64,000 nt of DNA from Alphaproteobacteria bacterium (GTDB lineage Bacteria; Pseudomonadota; Alphaproteobacteria; MPNO01; UBA830). A program made the translations under genes and the position numbers. Where the stretch lies: the NCBI GenBank assembly GCA_964291215.2, contig OZ219791.1, positions 2,976,001-3,040,000 on the forward strand, read 5' to 3'. Positions 7,669 to 18,119 of the stretch are shown here, piece after piece. The notes below the pieces were generated by a model. It was given only the letters and a program-made list of their open reading frames with translations, was not told where the DNA came from and did no database searches. Position 1 is the stretch's first letter. Each line of letters starts with the position of its first letter.

Positions 7669-10600
7669 TCAGGCACTGCGTTCTCGTTCCCTTCTGGCGC
7701 GCTCGGCGTTCAGGGCCAGCAGGCGGGCGAGCACTTCGTCGCGAATGCCGTCCGGCCAGCGGTAGCGCCAGGGTTTCTTCCTTCGGCCCTGGGTCTCCTC
7801 GTCGATCTCGTAGTCCAGCAGGAACTCGCAGTCGGTCCGGATATCATCCCAGCCATAGGCATCGAGAACGGCACGATCCATGGTGGCATGAAGCCGGCGC
7901 AACTCCGCTATCCGCGGGTCGCGTTCGTCCGGGTCGTGGAAACGGTTGTAGGTCTTCGTCATGCCCTCGTCGTTTTCCACTATCAGCGCTGCGCGGAAGT
8001 CGTAGTAGGCTTCTCCTGCCTCTTCAAGGGCCGGGTGTTCTTCCCAGTCGTCCGGGAAAGGGAAGGTCTCCAAGCAGTCGGAGGGGGTGTAGCGGAGGTC
8101 GTCTTTCATGGACGACCCGAAGAAGCGGGCCCAGGTCTCGTGGGGCCGGGATTGCAGGGCGCAGAAAGCGGCTGCGGTGTCGAAGGGAAAGACAATCGTC
8201 GACTCGGCATAGACTAACTTGCCCGGCAAGAAGGTGAAGGCCGCTTGCTGTCCTACTCTGGAGATCACCAGCACCCGATCAAGCCCCCTTATAGCGATAT
8301 ACAGTTCGCCAGCAGAAGAACCGTACCGCCACCAGAAGTCGGCTCGTTTCCGCCCGATGGTATTCGTCGTGAGATGCGCACGAGCCGGCTTCACCTTCTC
8401 CTCGACAATCGCCAGCAACTCGGGCCAGTCGGCGGCCACTGGACCCGGATAGTCCAGCGGCACGTTTCCCGAGCGGCGCCAGTCCCGCCGGGCGTCCTCG
8501 CTCGCCCCTTGCCATGTCTCTCCGAGATCCGCGCGCCGCAGCGGCCAGTCGCGGAAGTTGATGACATGGCGATGGTAGGCGTGGGTCGGGCTGGTGTTGA
8601 CCTCTTCGCCGCCGATATAGGGGAAGATGACCTCTCGATTCCGCGGATTTTCCGCGATCAGGCGGCGCATTTCGGCCAGCGGCGTTGCGACGCCCCTGCG
8701 GTCGGCGTCATCGAAGGTGAAGCCCATGCCGAGTACGATGCTGCCCTGGAAGCTCTTGCCGGCATTGGCCTTGAGCCTTTCGGGGTCGTCGTGGCTGCCG
8801 TCATGGAACAGAAACGCGGTGATCCTGTCGACCTCGCGGCCGTCGAGTCGGCGCGGGCCGGGGTCGATTCCCTTCGCAATATGGATCACGCTCACGACCA
8901 CCGCGGCCTCTCCCAGCCATTTGAGTCGACGCCGAACGCAGTAAATCTGGCCGCTGTGCTTGCAGAGCCAACGCAATCCGGTCGAGCGCGTGTCGCCCTG
9001 TCCAATAGTATTGGTGGCGATCAGGCCAAGTGTGCCGCCTTCCCGCAACAAATCGAACGCCCTTCGAAAGAAGTGAGCGACCAGATCGGCGTTGCCGTGA
9101 CTGTCGGGGTGACATTGCTTGAGCCAGTCGGGATAGCCAGCGGGGTTCGCGGCGGCCACCGTGTTCTTGCCGGCGAAGGGCGGATTGCCCACGACCGCAT
9201 CGAACCCCGGGTTCTTGCGCTCGAACACCTCCGGAAACTCCAGTTCCCAGTGGAAAGCGGCGACCGGCAGCTCCGTTGTCGCCAACGTCGCGTTCGCAGC
9301 CCGCCCATCGAGCAGCAGACTCGCATAGTTGAGGCGCCTGGTCTCGCGATGCTTCGGTTTCTCGTCCTCGAAGAACGCCGCCAGCACCGCGGCCCCAACG
9401 CACGGACATTTCGGAGTTCCCGTTCGGCTTCATCCAGAAGCTCCCGAAGTTCGTGCTCGGGTGCTTCGTCGCCGAGTTCTCGAATCATTTGGCGCAACTC
9501 GGAGACCCGCGCCACGTGCTTTTGCACTTCCATGGTCTCCATACCGAGTTGAAACCTGGGTACCTCGGCATTCCAATGGAATCCCTCGATCTGCCTGCGG
9601 GTCAGGCCAACCAGGGAATCGCCGTGCCGCAGCGCGTGGTCGACGAACGTGAACTCGTGATCGCACGCCAGGGTCACAAGCCATAGCGAGAGCCGCGCGA
9701 GGTCGATGGCCATGGGATTCCTGTCGACGCCGTAGAGGCATCTCTGGGCGATCAGACGCCGGGCGTGAAGCAGTTCGTCCTCGTCGGCAGGCAACGCCGG
9801 CGGGCCGCCGTGCCTGCTCCAGGCGTCGACCAGTCGCGCCGACAGTTGGCGGCACGCCTCGACCAGAAAGGCGCCCGATCCCGCGGCGGGGTCGAGCACT
9901 TTGAGACCGAGGATATCCTCGGGCCGGGCAGCCGGCCCCAGACAATCGAATATCGGTCGCAGGGCTTCGGAGACGATCGGCTCGGTCAGCGAGCGTGGTG
10001 TGTAGTGGCTCCCGGACCTTCGGCGCTCGTCCGTCGGCTGAAGAATGGGCGTTTCGTGAGGCACGATGTCCGGAGTCGCATCGCGATCGACAGCAAGGTC
10101 GAGCGCCGCCACGATGTCTTCGGCCGTGGTGGCATCGCGAAGGGCAGCGGCGGCGGCTCCCGCGAGCTGCCGGTCTGTCCGATCCCGAAGCTCTCTGGCT
10201 CTTTTACCGCCGTCCAGTTCCAGCAGGCGGTCGAGATCGACGATGACCGCGGCGCCGGTGCGTTTCGGCGACGCCACGGCGATGGAGCGCCCGGTCGTCA
10301 ACTCGACGCGGAAGCCCATGACGGCCTCGTAAACCGATCCGATCTGCTCGACATCGAGTGTGCGGTAGGACAAACGCTCGCCGTCCAGCACCATAAGCAA
10401 TCGCAGCACATTCCAGACGGTCGCGTCGGGGACCATGGGGATCGCCGAGTCGCCGGCCGGTTCGCGCCCTTCGAGGAAGGGAAACCGGGCCGGATCGAAC
10501 AGCGCGCCCTTGCGCGCGACGAACGAGAGGCCGGCGTGGCCGCCGCCGCCGTGGATCAACCGGAACAAGACCAGCAATTGCGCCCAGGCGCCGAAGCGCT

Positions 10601-11597
10601 GGTCCATGGTGTCGGGCCATGCCGCCGCATCCGCGCGCAGCCGGGCGAACAGGCCGCCGAGGGAATAGTGCTGCTGGTAGACGGGATGGTCGGGCATGAG
10701 GCCGCGGTCTTCGGCGTAGAGCACGAAGACCAGTCGCATCAGCGTCGCGATCAGTCCGCCGTACAGCCGATCGGGATCGCGCCGCGCCAGTTGCGTGATG
10801 GCCCCGGCGCCGTGTGCATCCGCCGCGACGAAGCCGCGCAAGAGCTCATGGAGGGCGGCGAGCACCTGCCGGGAAAGTCTGGTGGAGACTTCGACCTGCG
10901 CATCGCGGCTCCTGGACAGAAGCGTCGGCAGCCGAGCCTCGGGGTCGCTCCCGAAGAGCGCCTCCGCCGATAGCAGCATGTCGAATGCGGCCAGGATGGG
11001 CCGACCCGCCGGCAGCGCCATCTGGGCAAAGTCGAAGGTGATGTGCCCGGACGACTCGCCTTGCGGCGCATGGACCAGACGGATGCGCTCGTCGGTGCAG
11101 AGCAGGCCCGTCGGAACGCCGGTTTCCCGCAGCAACCGTTCGAACCGGGCATGACGGCTCGCATTCCAGCCGGCATCGTCGGGCGGTTGGTCGAAATCGG
11201 CGCCCTCGTCCTCCCTCCGGACGAGCATCGTCCATTCTGCGTCCGCGTCCCGATCGCCCGGTACCGCCCAGGTGGGGGCGAGCATGACCTGCAACTCCGG
11301 CAAGGCAATCTCGAGCGTCTCGCGATGATCGGACGCACTCACGAGATCGCCGTCCTCCCAGCCCAACCAATCCGTGAACACCCGGCGCAGATCGGGCGCT
11401 CGCCAGCGGACCGTGGCGCCCTCCCCATCCTCCTTGAGCAGTGCGCGAAAGTCGCGCTGGCGCCCCGATACATTGCGGTCGGGGACCACCTGGGCGTCGA
11501 CCATGACGGTCGGCGCGACGACGAGGCCCACCGGCTGAACGAAACCGAGCCATTCCTGATGGGCGAAGATCAGTTTGCCGCGTTCGCGATCCGCCAT
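7669..11597 (-). pseudogene. drmMI: DISARM N6-adenine methyltransferase DrmMI, split by a -1 frameshift at about 9393-9396
   Basis: The upstream ORF has GSHYTPRSL and VLDPAAGSGAFL (SAM-binding); the downstream frame has VVGNPPF and DLRYTPSDC. One base is missing in TTG-GG-GCC-GCG-GTG; restoring it gives about 1309 aa. Confidence 0.85.
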
Positions 11598-11600
11598 GGT

Positions 11601-14600
11601 CTACCCCGTTCGCGGCCAGAGGTAGACGAGACCGAGCGGATCGACACGGATGGCGCGCACCTTGTACGCATCCGCGATCCGGGCCGGCTCGGTCTCAAGC
11701 TCGGTCTCGATGGCTTCCAGGCGCCGCGTCCAGGCCCGGCGCTCGGCTTCGCGCTGGCGCCGTTCGGCCTCGTCGAAATCGAACATCATCTGCCGGTCTT
11801 CTCTGCCGGCCGCCTCGGCGATCCTCCTGCGCTGGCGCTTGAGCAAATCGATCATGCTGTACTGTTCGGTTTTCGACCGTTGGGCAAGCCGTTCCTTCGC
11901 AAGCTCCGCGAAGTCGTCTGCGCGGCGCTCCAGATGCGGAAGCAGATCGGCGATATCGGTTGGCGCCGAAGCCGCGAGACGCGTCCGGACCGGATCGGGC
12001 ACGCTGTCCCGCCCGGCTTCGTCGAGCGCCGTCTGCAAGGAAGCCAGGGTCGTCTGCTCGCCGGCCCGGCCGTAAGGCGCAAGCGCGCCCTGTCGCTGCA
12101 CGGGATCGATCCAGCGCGCCGTCACCGGCACGATCTCCTCGTGCAGGCGTGCGGCGCATGGTCCGTAGACGGCGAGCCGGCCGAGCAGCACAACGCGCGG
12201 GATTGCATCCGGGGCGACCGTAAGACAGGCCTTGGACAAGTCGTGGTGGATCAGGCCCTGCGCGGCGAACCGGCCAAGCAGGCGCCGGACTACACGGTGT
12301 TCGAGATGCAGGTGCACGGCGTTTTCGCCAAGACGTCCGGTGTCTTCGAAAGCCACGGGCCGGATGGCCGCCCGACGGCGCCACGCGCCCAGGGACTCGC
12401 CGCTCTGCCGTCGCGCGCGCAGCGAATCAAGTGCTGCGGTCCAGCCGGGATCGCTCGCAAGCGCACGGTCGGCGGCGGGAAAGACGAAGCGGCGCGGAGC
12501 GTCAGACACCGGCTTCTCCTGCCCGTCGGTCTCGGCGATTGCGGGAGCCCCGGCGAGCTCCAGGCTCATCGACAGGGCCTGACGGAACTGCGGCGCGGTA
12601 AGACCGATATGGGTGCGCGACTGCTCCAGGCGGGTGCGCAGGCTATCCACGTCCTCGCGCAGTCTGTCCTGGCGCAGACGCGCGTCCTCGAGCTCGTCCT
12701 CGACAGTGCGCCGCCGTTCTCCGGCCGACAGGTCCCGGATGGAGGCTGCGAGACCATCGATCCCGTCACGGCGCATGCCTTCCTTGCCGATGGTCCGTGG
12801 AATCCGCGCTTCGAGCACCTTCGCGGCGCTGCCAAGCTCCTCGCGAATGCGTTCCACCTTGTTCACCAGCACCTGCAGGACACGGTCTTCCGGCCGTTGG
12901 ACGAAGACGAAGTACCGGCAGAACACTTCGTCGGCGGGCTGCAGCTTGCGATCAATGCGGCCGTTGCGCTGGTCGAGACGGCTCGGGTTCCAGGGCAGGT
13001 CGAAGTGAAACAGATCATGACAGTGGCGCTGCAGATTGAGGCCCTCCCGAGCTGCGTCGGTGGTAATGAGAATGCGCAGCGGGTGGTCGCCCGGCTCGGC
13101 ATTGAAGGCATGCTTGACGTCTTCCCGCCTGTGCCGGGAGGTCGTCCCCGTGAAGGTCGCGATACGTTCGTGCGCCTTGTCGGAATGCGCGATGGCCTCG
13201 TTCAGGCAGCGCTCAAGCCAGCGGCGCGTGTCCTCGTATTCGGTGAAGATGAGGAGGCGGCGTTCGTTCCACTGCGGAGGCCCGGCCCCGAGCGCGGATC
13301 GAACCGGGCACATGTTGGCGTCGATCCACTCGATGATCCTGTGTACGCGCGGGTCGGCATCATGGCGTCTTGCCTCGGCGACCTCGCGCATTTCGTCGAC
13401 GAGCGCGAGTTCGCGCATCAATGCGGTCCGTGCTTCCGCGCGTCGGCTGTCGGTCGATAGCGTTGTCGCCGCCGCCATCAGCTCGGCGAAGTCGAGTTCC
13501 GAAGGATCGGATCGTTCCGGATCGTCGGGCGCGTCGGCTTCGATATCGCCGTCACCACCGGTTGTACCGTCGCCCGTTTCCTCGCCGACGGTCAGCCGTT
13601 CGAGGTCGGCCAGCAAGTCGTTGGAAACCGCGATGGCTTCGGTGGATCGCTCCAGCGCGCGTTCCACGCTCCTGCGATGTACCGCGAGCGTCTTCGCGAA
13701 GGCCTCGATGGACGACAGCAGACGCTTTTGCAGCCCGCCGATCACCAGCGCGCCCGCAGCCTGCTTGGATCGTGTCTCGTCCTTCAGACGCTTCTCCCGC
13801 TCGGCCCGGTAGGCGTCGAGCATTCCTGGCAGGACGAGTTCGGGTGCGACCGGCGGCAGGCCGTCGATCTTGACCGGAACCACGGTACGCTTGGGAAAGC
13901 CGCCTTCGAGATCCCGGATATCGGACTTGAGGCGGCGGACCAGTACTTCGTCGAGTTGTCCCTTCAGCACAGGGACCCCGCGGCAGAAGCGCTGTGGGTC
14001 GAGAATTTCGAGCAGGGCGGAGAAACTGTTCGAATGCCCGTTGTGCGGTGTCGCCGAGAGGAACAGGCGATGCTCGAAACGCGGCGCGATATCACGGATC
14101 GCCCGTGTGATCTGTGAATCGATGGCATAGCGCGCCCCGCTCGCAGGCGCGGCGTTGTGCGCCTCGTCGAGAATCAGAAGGGTCTGGGGCGCGAACTCTC
14201 CAAGCCAGCCGCGCAGGCCCGAGGCATAGGTCTCGTCGATGAGCAGGCGGTGGGAGATCAGGAAGTGCGAGTGGGTGGTCCAGGGATTGACAGAGAAGCC
14301 GCGCTCGCGGCGCATCCGCGTCACATAAGCCCGGTCGAGAATGGTGAACGCGAGGCCGAAACGGGCCTCCATCTCGTCCTGCCACTGGTCGAGAATCGCA
14401 GGAGGACAGGCGACAACAATTCGGTCGATGCGGCGGCGCAACAGCAGTTCGCGCGCAATCAGCCCGGCTTCGATGGTCTTGCCGAGCCCGACATCGTCGG
14501 CGATGAACAGGTTGACGCGCGGCAGCCGAAGCGCCTTGCGCAACGGGTCGAGCTGGTAGGCGTCGATGCGGATGCCCGCACGGAAGGGCGCCTGAAAGAG

Positions 14601-14900
14601 ATTGGGGTCGGTCGCGGTCACGCAGTTCCACGACAGGGTGCGCAGATAGGCCGCGAAGAGCGCCGGATCGTCGAAGCCCTTGTCTGCCACGGCGGCCCAG
14701 CCATCGTCCTTCAGAATGCGGGCGTCGATCTCGTGGTCCCACAACACCGACAGCGGCTCGCCCTGCGCATCGTCGTCAAGGCACGACAACTCGACGAGCA
14801 TGGCTTCATCGGGGGATGGCGGCGGTGTCGCGTTCTCGACGAGGTAACGGCGCTGGCGAACCAGGGCGATGCGTCCGCGTTCGGGAGATTGCGCCGTCAT
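11601..14900 (-). CDS. drmD: DISARM SNF2-like helicase DrmD
   Basis: IADDVGLGKT, LDEAH, LSATPHNG, TDAAREGLNLQ and QRNGRIDR motifs; ATGA overlap with the upstream AbiEii gene. Confidence 0.93.
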   Translation of the reverse strand: MTAQSPERGRIALVRQRRYLVENATPPPSPDEAMLVELSCLDDDAQGEPLSVLWDHEIDARILKDDGWAAVADKGFDDPALFAAYLRTLSWNCVTATDPNLFQAPFRAGIRIDAYQLDPLRKALRLPRVNLFIADDVGLGKTIEAGLIARELLLRRRIDRIVVACPPAILDQWQDEMEARFGLAFTILDRAYVTRMRRERGFSVNPWTTHSHFLISHRLLIDETYASGLRGWLGEFAPQTLLILDEAHNAAPASGARYAIDSQITRAIRDIAPRFEHRLFLSATPHNGHSNSFSALLEILDPQRFCRGVPVLKGQLDEVLVRRLKSDIRDLEGGFPKRTVVPVKIDGLPPVAPELVLPGMLDAYRAEREKRLKDETRSKQAAGALVIGGLQKRLLSSIEAFAKTLAVHRRSVERALERSTEAIAVSNDLLADLERLTVGEETGDGTTGGDGDIEADAPDDPERSDPSELDFAELMAAATTLSTDSRRAEARTALMRELALVDEMREVAEARRHDADPRVHRIIEWIDANMCPVRSALGAGPPQWNERRLLIFTEYEDTRRWLERCLNEAIAHSDKAHERIATFTGTTSRHRREDVKHAFNAEPGDHPLRILITTDAAREGLNLQRHCHDLFHFDLPWNPSRLDQRNGRIDRKLQPADEVFCRYFVFVQRPEDRVLQVLVNKVERIREELGSAAKVLEARIPRTIGKEGMRRDGIDGLAASIRDLSAGERRRTVEDELEDARLRQDRLREDVDSLRTRLEQSRTHIGLTAPQFRQALSMSLELAGAPAIAETDGQEKPVSDAPRRFVFPAADRALASDPGWTAALDSLRARRQSGESLGAWRRRAAIRPVAFEDTGRLGENAVHLHLEHRVVRRLLGRFAAQGLIHHDLSKACLTVAPDAIPRVVLLGRLAVYGPCAARLHEEIVPVTARWIDPVQRQGALAPYGRAGEQTTLASLQTALDEAGRDSVPDPVRTRLAASAPTDIADLLPHLERRADDFAELAKERLAQRSKTEQYSMIDLLKRQRRRIAEAAGREDRQMMFDFDEAERRQREAERRAWTRRLEAIETELETEPARIADAYKVRAIRVDPLGLVYLWPRTG

Positions 14901-15919
14901 GCCTTCGTCTCGTTGGCCCGGGTCTCCATCCGGGCGCATCGTTCCATCAACAGGTCGAACGACTCGTTGTGGTCCAGCAGCATGCCATCGGCAAGCATCC
15001 GGGCGTAATCATCGGCGAGCACCGCACGCGCGGCGCCGGAGGGGACGAGTTGGAGGTCACCGGAAACGGCCGCTTCGTAATCGATCCGCGAGCCGGTCGC
15101 GTCGTTCTCGGTGAAGAACATCGCCTTGTGGCGGGCAACCGACAGGGCGAGGGCACGGTCTGCGAGCGCGTTTGCCGCAATTCCCGCCTCGTCAAGACGC
15201 GCGAGATCGTGCCAGTGCCTCGACAGACGCTCGCCGCGCCGCCGCTCCTGACAGCAGAAGACATGGATGGCGGTCGCCTTCTCCCAGAACGTGCGCTCCG
15301 CCAGCATGACGGTGGGATGCGCTTCGGGAAACGCGAGGCGGGGAAGATGTGCGGCCGCGTCGCACACAACGGGGCGGCTCGCGTGCGGCTCGCCGGTCGA
15401 TCGGGCACCGAACTCGACTATGACTTCCGGAGCAACGAAGCCGCTTGTCTCGAACATCGGTTCGTATGCGACGCAGAGCTTCTCCTCTTCCGCTCGGACC
15501 CGCGCCACGAAACCGGCGTCGGAGAGACCTTCTTCAACAATGGGGCGGGCCTCGTCCCGGACCCATTCCGCGAGACGGGTGCGGATGGCGCGCGTCCAGC
15601 GCTTCTCCTGGCTGCGCGTGGGCGGAAGCGCCTCGTCGCCGGCGCCGGAAACCAGATCCGGCGCAAACGACCGGATATCGTAGGTGATGTCGACATCTTC
15701 GGAGAACCGGCGGATCGCCCGCCACACTTTCGACAGCGACGTGCCGCCCTTGAAGGTCAGGTGCCCGGCGAACGGGGCCTCGAACAGCACTGCGAGGGTG
15801 GCGACGACCCAGATGTCCTTCTCGAGCAAATGCGCCCGGTATTGTCCTTTTTCCTGAGCGACCCTCAGCGCGTGGAGGCGGTCGCCGGCCGAAAGGCTCT
15901 GGAACGGCGTCTCAGCCAT
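14897..15919 (-). CDS. abiEii: AbiEii/AbiGii nucleotidyltransferase toxin (type IV TA)
   Basis: LEKDIWV, FKGGTSLSK, IRRFSEDVDI, ERTFWEKA and SRHWHD motifs. Confidence 0.9.
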   Translation of the reverse strand: MAETPFQSLSAGDRLHALRVAQEKGQYRAHLLEKDIWVVATLAVLFEAPFAGHLTFKGGTSLSKVWRAIRRFSEDVDITYDIRSFAPDLVSGAGDEALPPTRSQEKRWTRAIRTRLAEWVRDEARPIVEEGLSDAGFVARVRAEEEKLCVAYEPMFETSGFVAPEVIVEFGARSTGEPHASRPVVCDAAAHLPRLAFPEAHPTVMLAERTFWEKATAIHVFCCQERRRGERLSRHWHDLARLDEAGIAANALADRALALSVARHKAMFFTENDATGSRIDYEAAVSGDLQLVPSGAARAVLADDYARMLADGMLLDHNESFDLLMERCARMETRANETKA

Positions 15920-16508
15920 GTGCGAGGCGTGCGCTCAGCGGTTCGGCCATCCAGTTGGGCATGACGGCCCTCGCGACCGCAAGCTCTTCCCGCTCCGTCT
16001 CGGAGAGCGTCGGCAGAACCGCTTCGAGGCCGTCCTCGACCTCCCCGGGGCCGAGCCATGCCAGGGCGCGGATGACCTCGCCCGCCTTGCGGTGCGGCGC
16101 CGCCAGTTGCCAGCGCGGCGCGTGGCGCAGTTCCACGATGGACGAACCGAAGTGCAGCATGCGGCTGGGACCGGAGGTGAGATAGACCTCACGCACCGGA
16201 TTCTGCGTGGTCAGGCGCAGGCGATTGGCCGCGGCGCCGCCGCACGGCACGATGGTCTCGCCCCAAAGTGCCGAAAGGGCCTCAAGAGCCTTCCGGGTGT
16301 GCGGCGCACACGTTCCGAACCGGGTCTCGACCGGGCGCATGTAGACGCCCTGGCAGATGCGCATGAGACGGTCCGAGCGCGCGAGGCGGGACAACGCCTG
16401 GTCGACCGCGGCCCGGTTGCCGAGATGCAGCAGGGCGGCCGGACACAGCGGCGTCGCCTCCGGAAGGGCCTCGGCATGCTCCATGATGCGACGAGAGAGG
16501 CCGCGCAT
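15912..16508 (-). CDS. DUF6088 / AbiEi-like antitoxin (wHTH)
   Basis: AVDQALSRL..RICQGVY and GAAANRLRLTTQNP; overlaps the start of abiEii. Confidence 0.85.
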   Translation of the reverse strand: MRGLSRRIMEHAEALPEATPLCPAALLHLGNRAAVDQALSRLARSDRLMRICQGVYMRPVETRFGTCAPHTRKALEALSALWGETIVPCGGAAANRLRLTTQNPVREVYLTSGPSRMLHFGSSIVELRHAPRWQLAAPHRKAGEVIRALAWLGPGEVEDGLEAVLPTLSETEREELAVARAVMPNWMAEPLSARLAHG

Positions 16509-16595
16509 GTTCGTATCTCCAATCCAGTCTGTCAGAAATCCAGTGATCAGATTATCGCGTTACAAGCTCGGAGAAAAGCCGTTTCGGCTTTGTGC

Positions 16596-16794
16596 CAGGA
16601 TGATTTTACGCTAAATTCTGTATGATTTTTCAAGGCAGTACTTGGGTTTTCGGGGGCGCGGGTTGGTGCGGGAGATTTTTTTCAGTTTTCGCTGGCTTTC
16701 CTGCACTGAAGTTGTCATGGTGCGGGGATGTCGGTTCACAAGCACATCGCGTCCTGTCCGATTCACGTCGCAGCTCCGGAAGGGTCTGTCCGAG
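16596..16794 (+). repeat. Left end of a DUF4338-ISAs1 element (copy 1)
   Basis: About 200 bp nearly identical (about 8 differences) to the reverse complement of 62502-62701; starts with the TIR CAGGATGATTTTACGCTAAATTC. Confidence 0.85.
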
Positions 16795-16991
16795 CATCCA
16801 TGTTTCTTGGCAAGGTTTTTTGCGGGTGTCTGCGGTGATGTTTTCTGTGGTTGTCCACAAGCGGTGTGGGATTCCGCCTTGCTCTGCGAGCGAGGCGACA
16901 TGAAGCTTGTGATCCCGGCGGCGGGTTGCCGTCCATTGGTCACGTGAACGCGGCTACCTTGCCGTCCCCGGGCATGGTAACGTGACCGTCG

Positions 16992-17150
16992 TCAATTGGG
17001 TTCCAGGTGTCCCGTCCACAAGGCGCACGGCGGTTCGGTCTCCTCGATGTTGACCTCGACGATGATCTGCAGATGTTCTCCCCAAGCCGTGTCGTAGAGG
17101 GAGACTGTCGAGACAGTGCCGATCGCGCTCTCGGCAGGGGTGATGGCCAT
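16992..17150 (-). CDS. Small hypothetical protein (52 aa)
   Basis: GAAGGAGA RBS before ATG; MAITPAESAIGTVSTVSLYDTAWGEHLQIIVEVNIEETEPPCALWTGHLEPN; no recognisable family. Confidence 0.3.
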   Translation of the reverse strand: MAITPAESAIGTVSTVSLYDTAWGEHLQIIVEVNIEETEPPCALWTGHLEPN

Positions 17151-17179
17151 GAGGGTGTCTCCTTCGCTCACTCACCGGT

Positions 17180-17916
17180 GCTTCAGGCAACGCTGCTGTC
17201 GCAGCAAGATGTTCGCCAGAGCTTGCGCATCACGGCGACAATCGCGACCTTGCTTGCCGGCAGTCTTGAGGCGCACCAGGTCCGCGTTGAAGCGTGCCGG
17301 TTGCGGCCAGGAGATCGCGTGGCCTTCGGCGCCCGCCACGGATGTGCCGGGCACCGTGGTCGTTGGCACCACCCCGATCAAGGCTGCCGACGCTGCCGAG
17401 TTCGGGCATCCAGAAGGGCCGTGGCGGTCACCGGATCGAGGTCAGGATGGCGTACCTCTGCTCGGGATCACCGGCGATCATCGAGATCGGCCGCCGGGGC
17501 CCTTATGACGGTCTCGCCATCCACCTCATCTGCACCTGTTTGGCGTCGACAAGCGCGCCACTAGGAGATCCTCCAGGCTCTTGAGGAAGACGGAGCCACA
17601 GGCTCACCGTGCCGATCTTGGCGTCGACGCGGTTGGCCCATCGCCTCGGCGAAGCGCCCGCAACGGGTTGACGAGGAAAACCTCGAAGCCCCGGTCATAA
17701 AGACACTGGTGAACCTTGCGGTGATAGCGGCCTGTCGCCCACCACCCGGCTCACCCCGAGGCCGCGAAGCCACCTGCTCAGCGCCCGCCAGCTCGTGGCG
17801 TCGTTCGCAAAACGTAACTGCTCACCCCCTGGTTCCGGCTTGATGTCGGGGTAGAGTAACGAACGGGTTTTCGTGGAGATTTGACACTGCAGGCCGATTC
17901 GTTTAGTGGTGGTCAT
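17180..17916 (-). mobile_element. IS110-family transposase remnant (multiple frameshifts)
   Basis: Fragments across frames: RFAND..WRAL..WL, ATGRYHR, EVFLVNPLR, FAEAMG..RVDAK, ILTSI..VTATALL..MPELG, RHIRGGR and AGK..KVAIVAVMRKL. Confidence 0.75.
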
Positions 17917-17937
17917 CGAGAATGACGGGGACCGCCA

Positions 17938-18060
17938 GTGGGCTACTTTGGATCGAAGGCGACGAGCGGGCTGTGCCAGCTGCTTCCGGGGCTCCAGCCT
18001 CCGCATGATCTGTATGTGGAAACGCATCTCGGAAGCGGCGCGCTGATGAAGCGCAAGGCC
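17938..18060 (+). pseudogene. N-terminal fragment of a Dam/D12-class adenine methyltransferase
   Basis: GYFGSKATSGLCQ..PPHDLYVETHLGSGALMKRK resembles the YxGxK...YxExF.GxG start of Dam-family MTases; truncated. Confidence 0.55.
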
Positions 18061-18119
18061 GGGCGGCGGAGTACCGGAAGATGCCGCCGGGCGAGCGCCA
18101 GGCAATGCTCGTGGCGATC

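Noticed and set aside
16520-16560. AbiEi operator inverted repeat (TGTCAGAAA half-site)
   Set aside because: Only one half-site is visible; no convincing partner before the IS end.
16845-16862. DnaA-box-like TTGTCCACA / possible origin
   Set aside because: Single mismatched box inside IS debris; no box cluster, DUE or rep gene.
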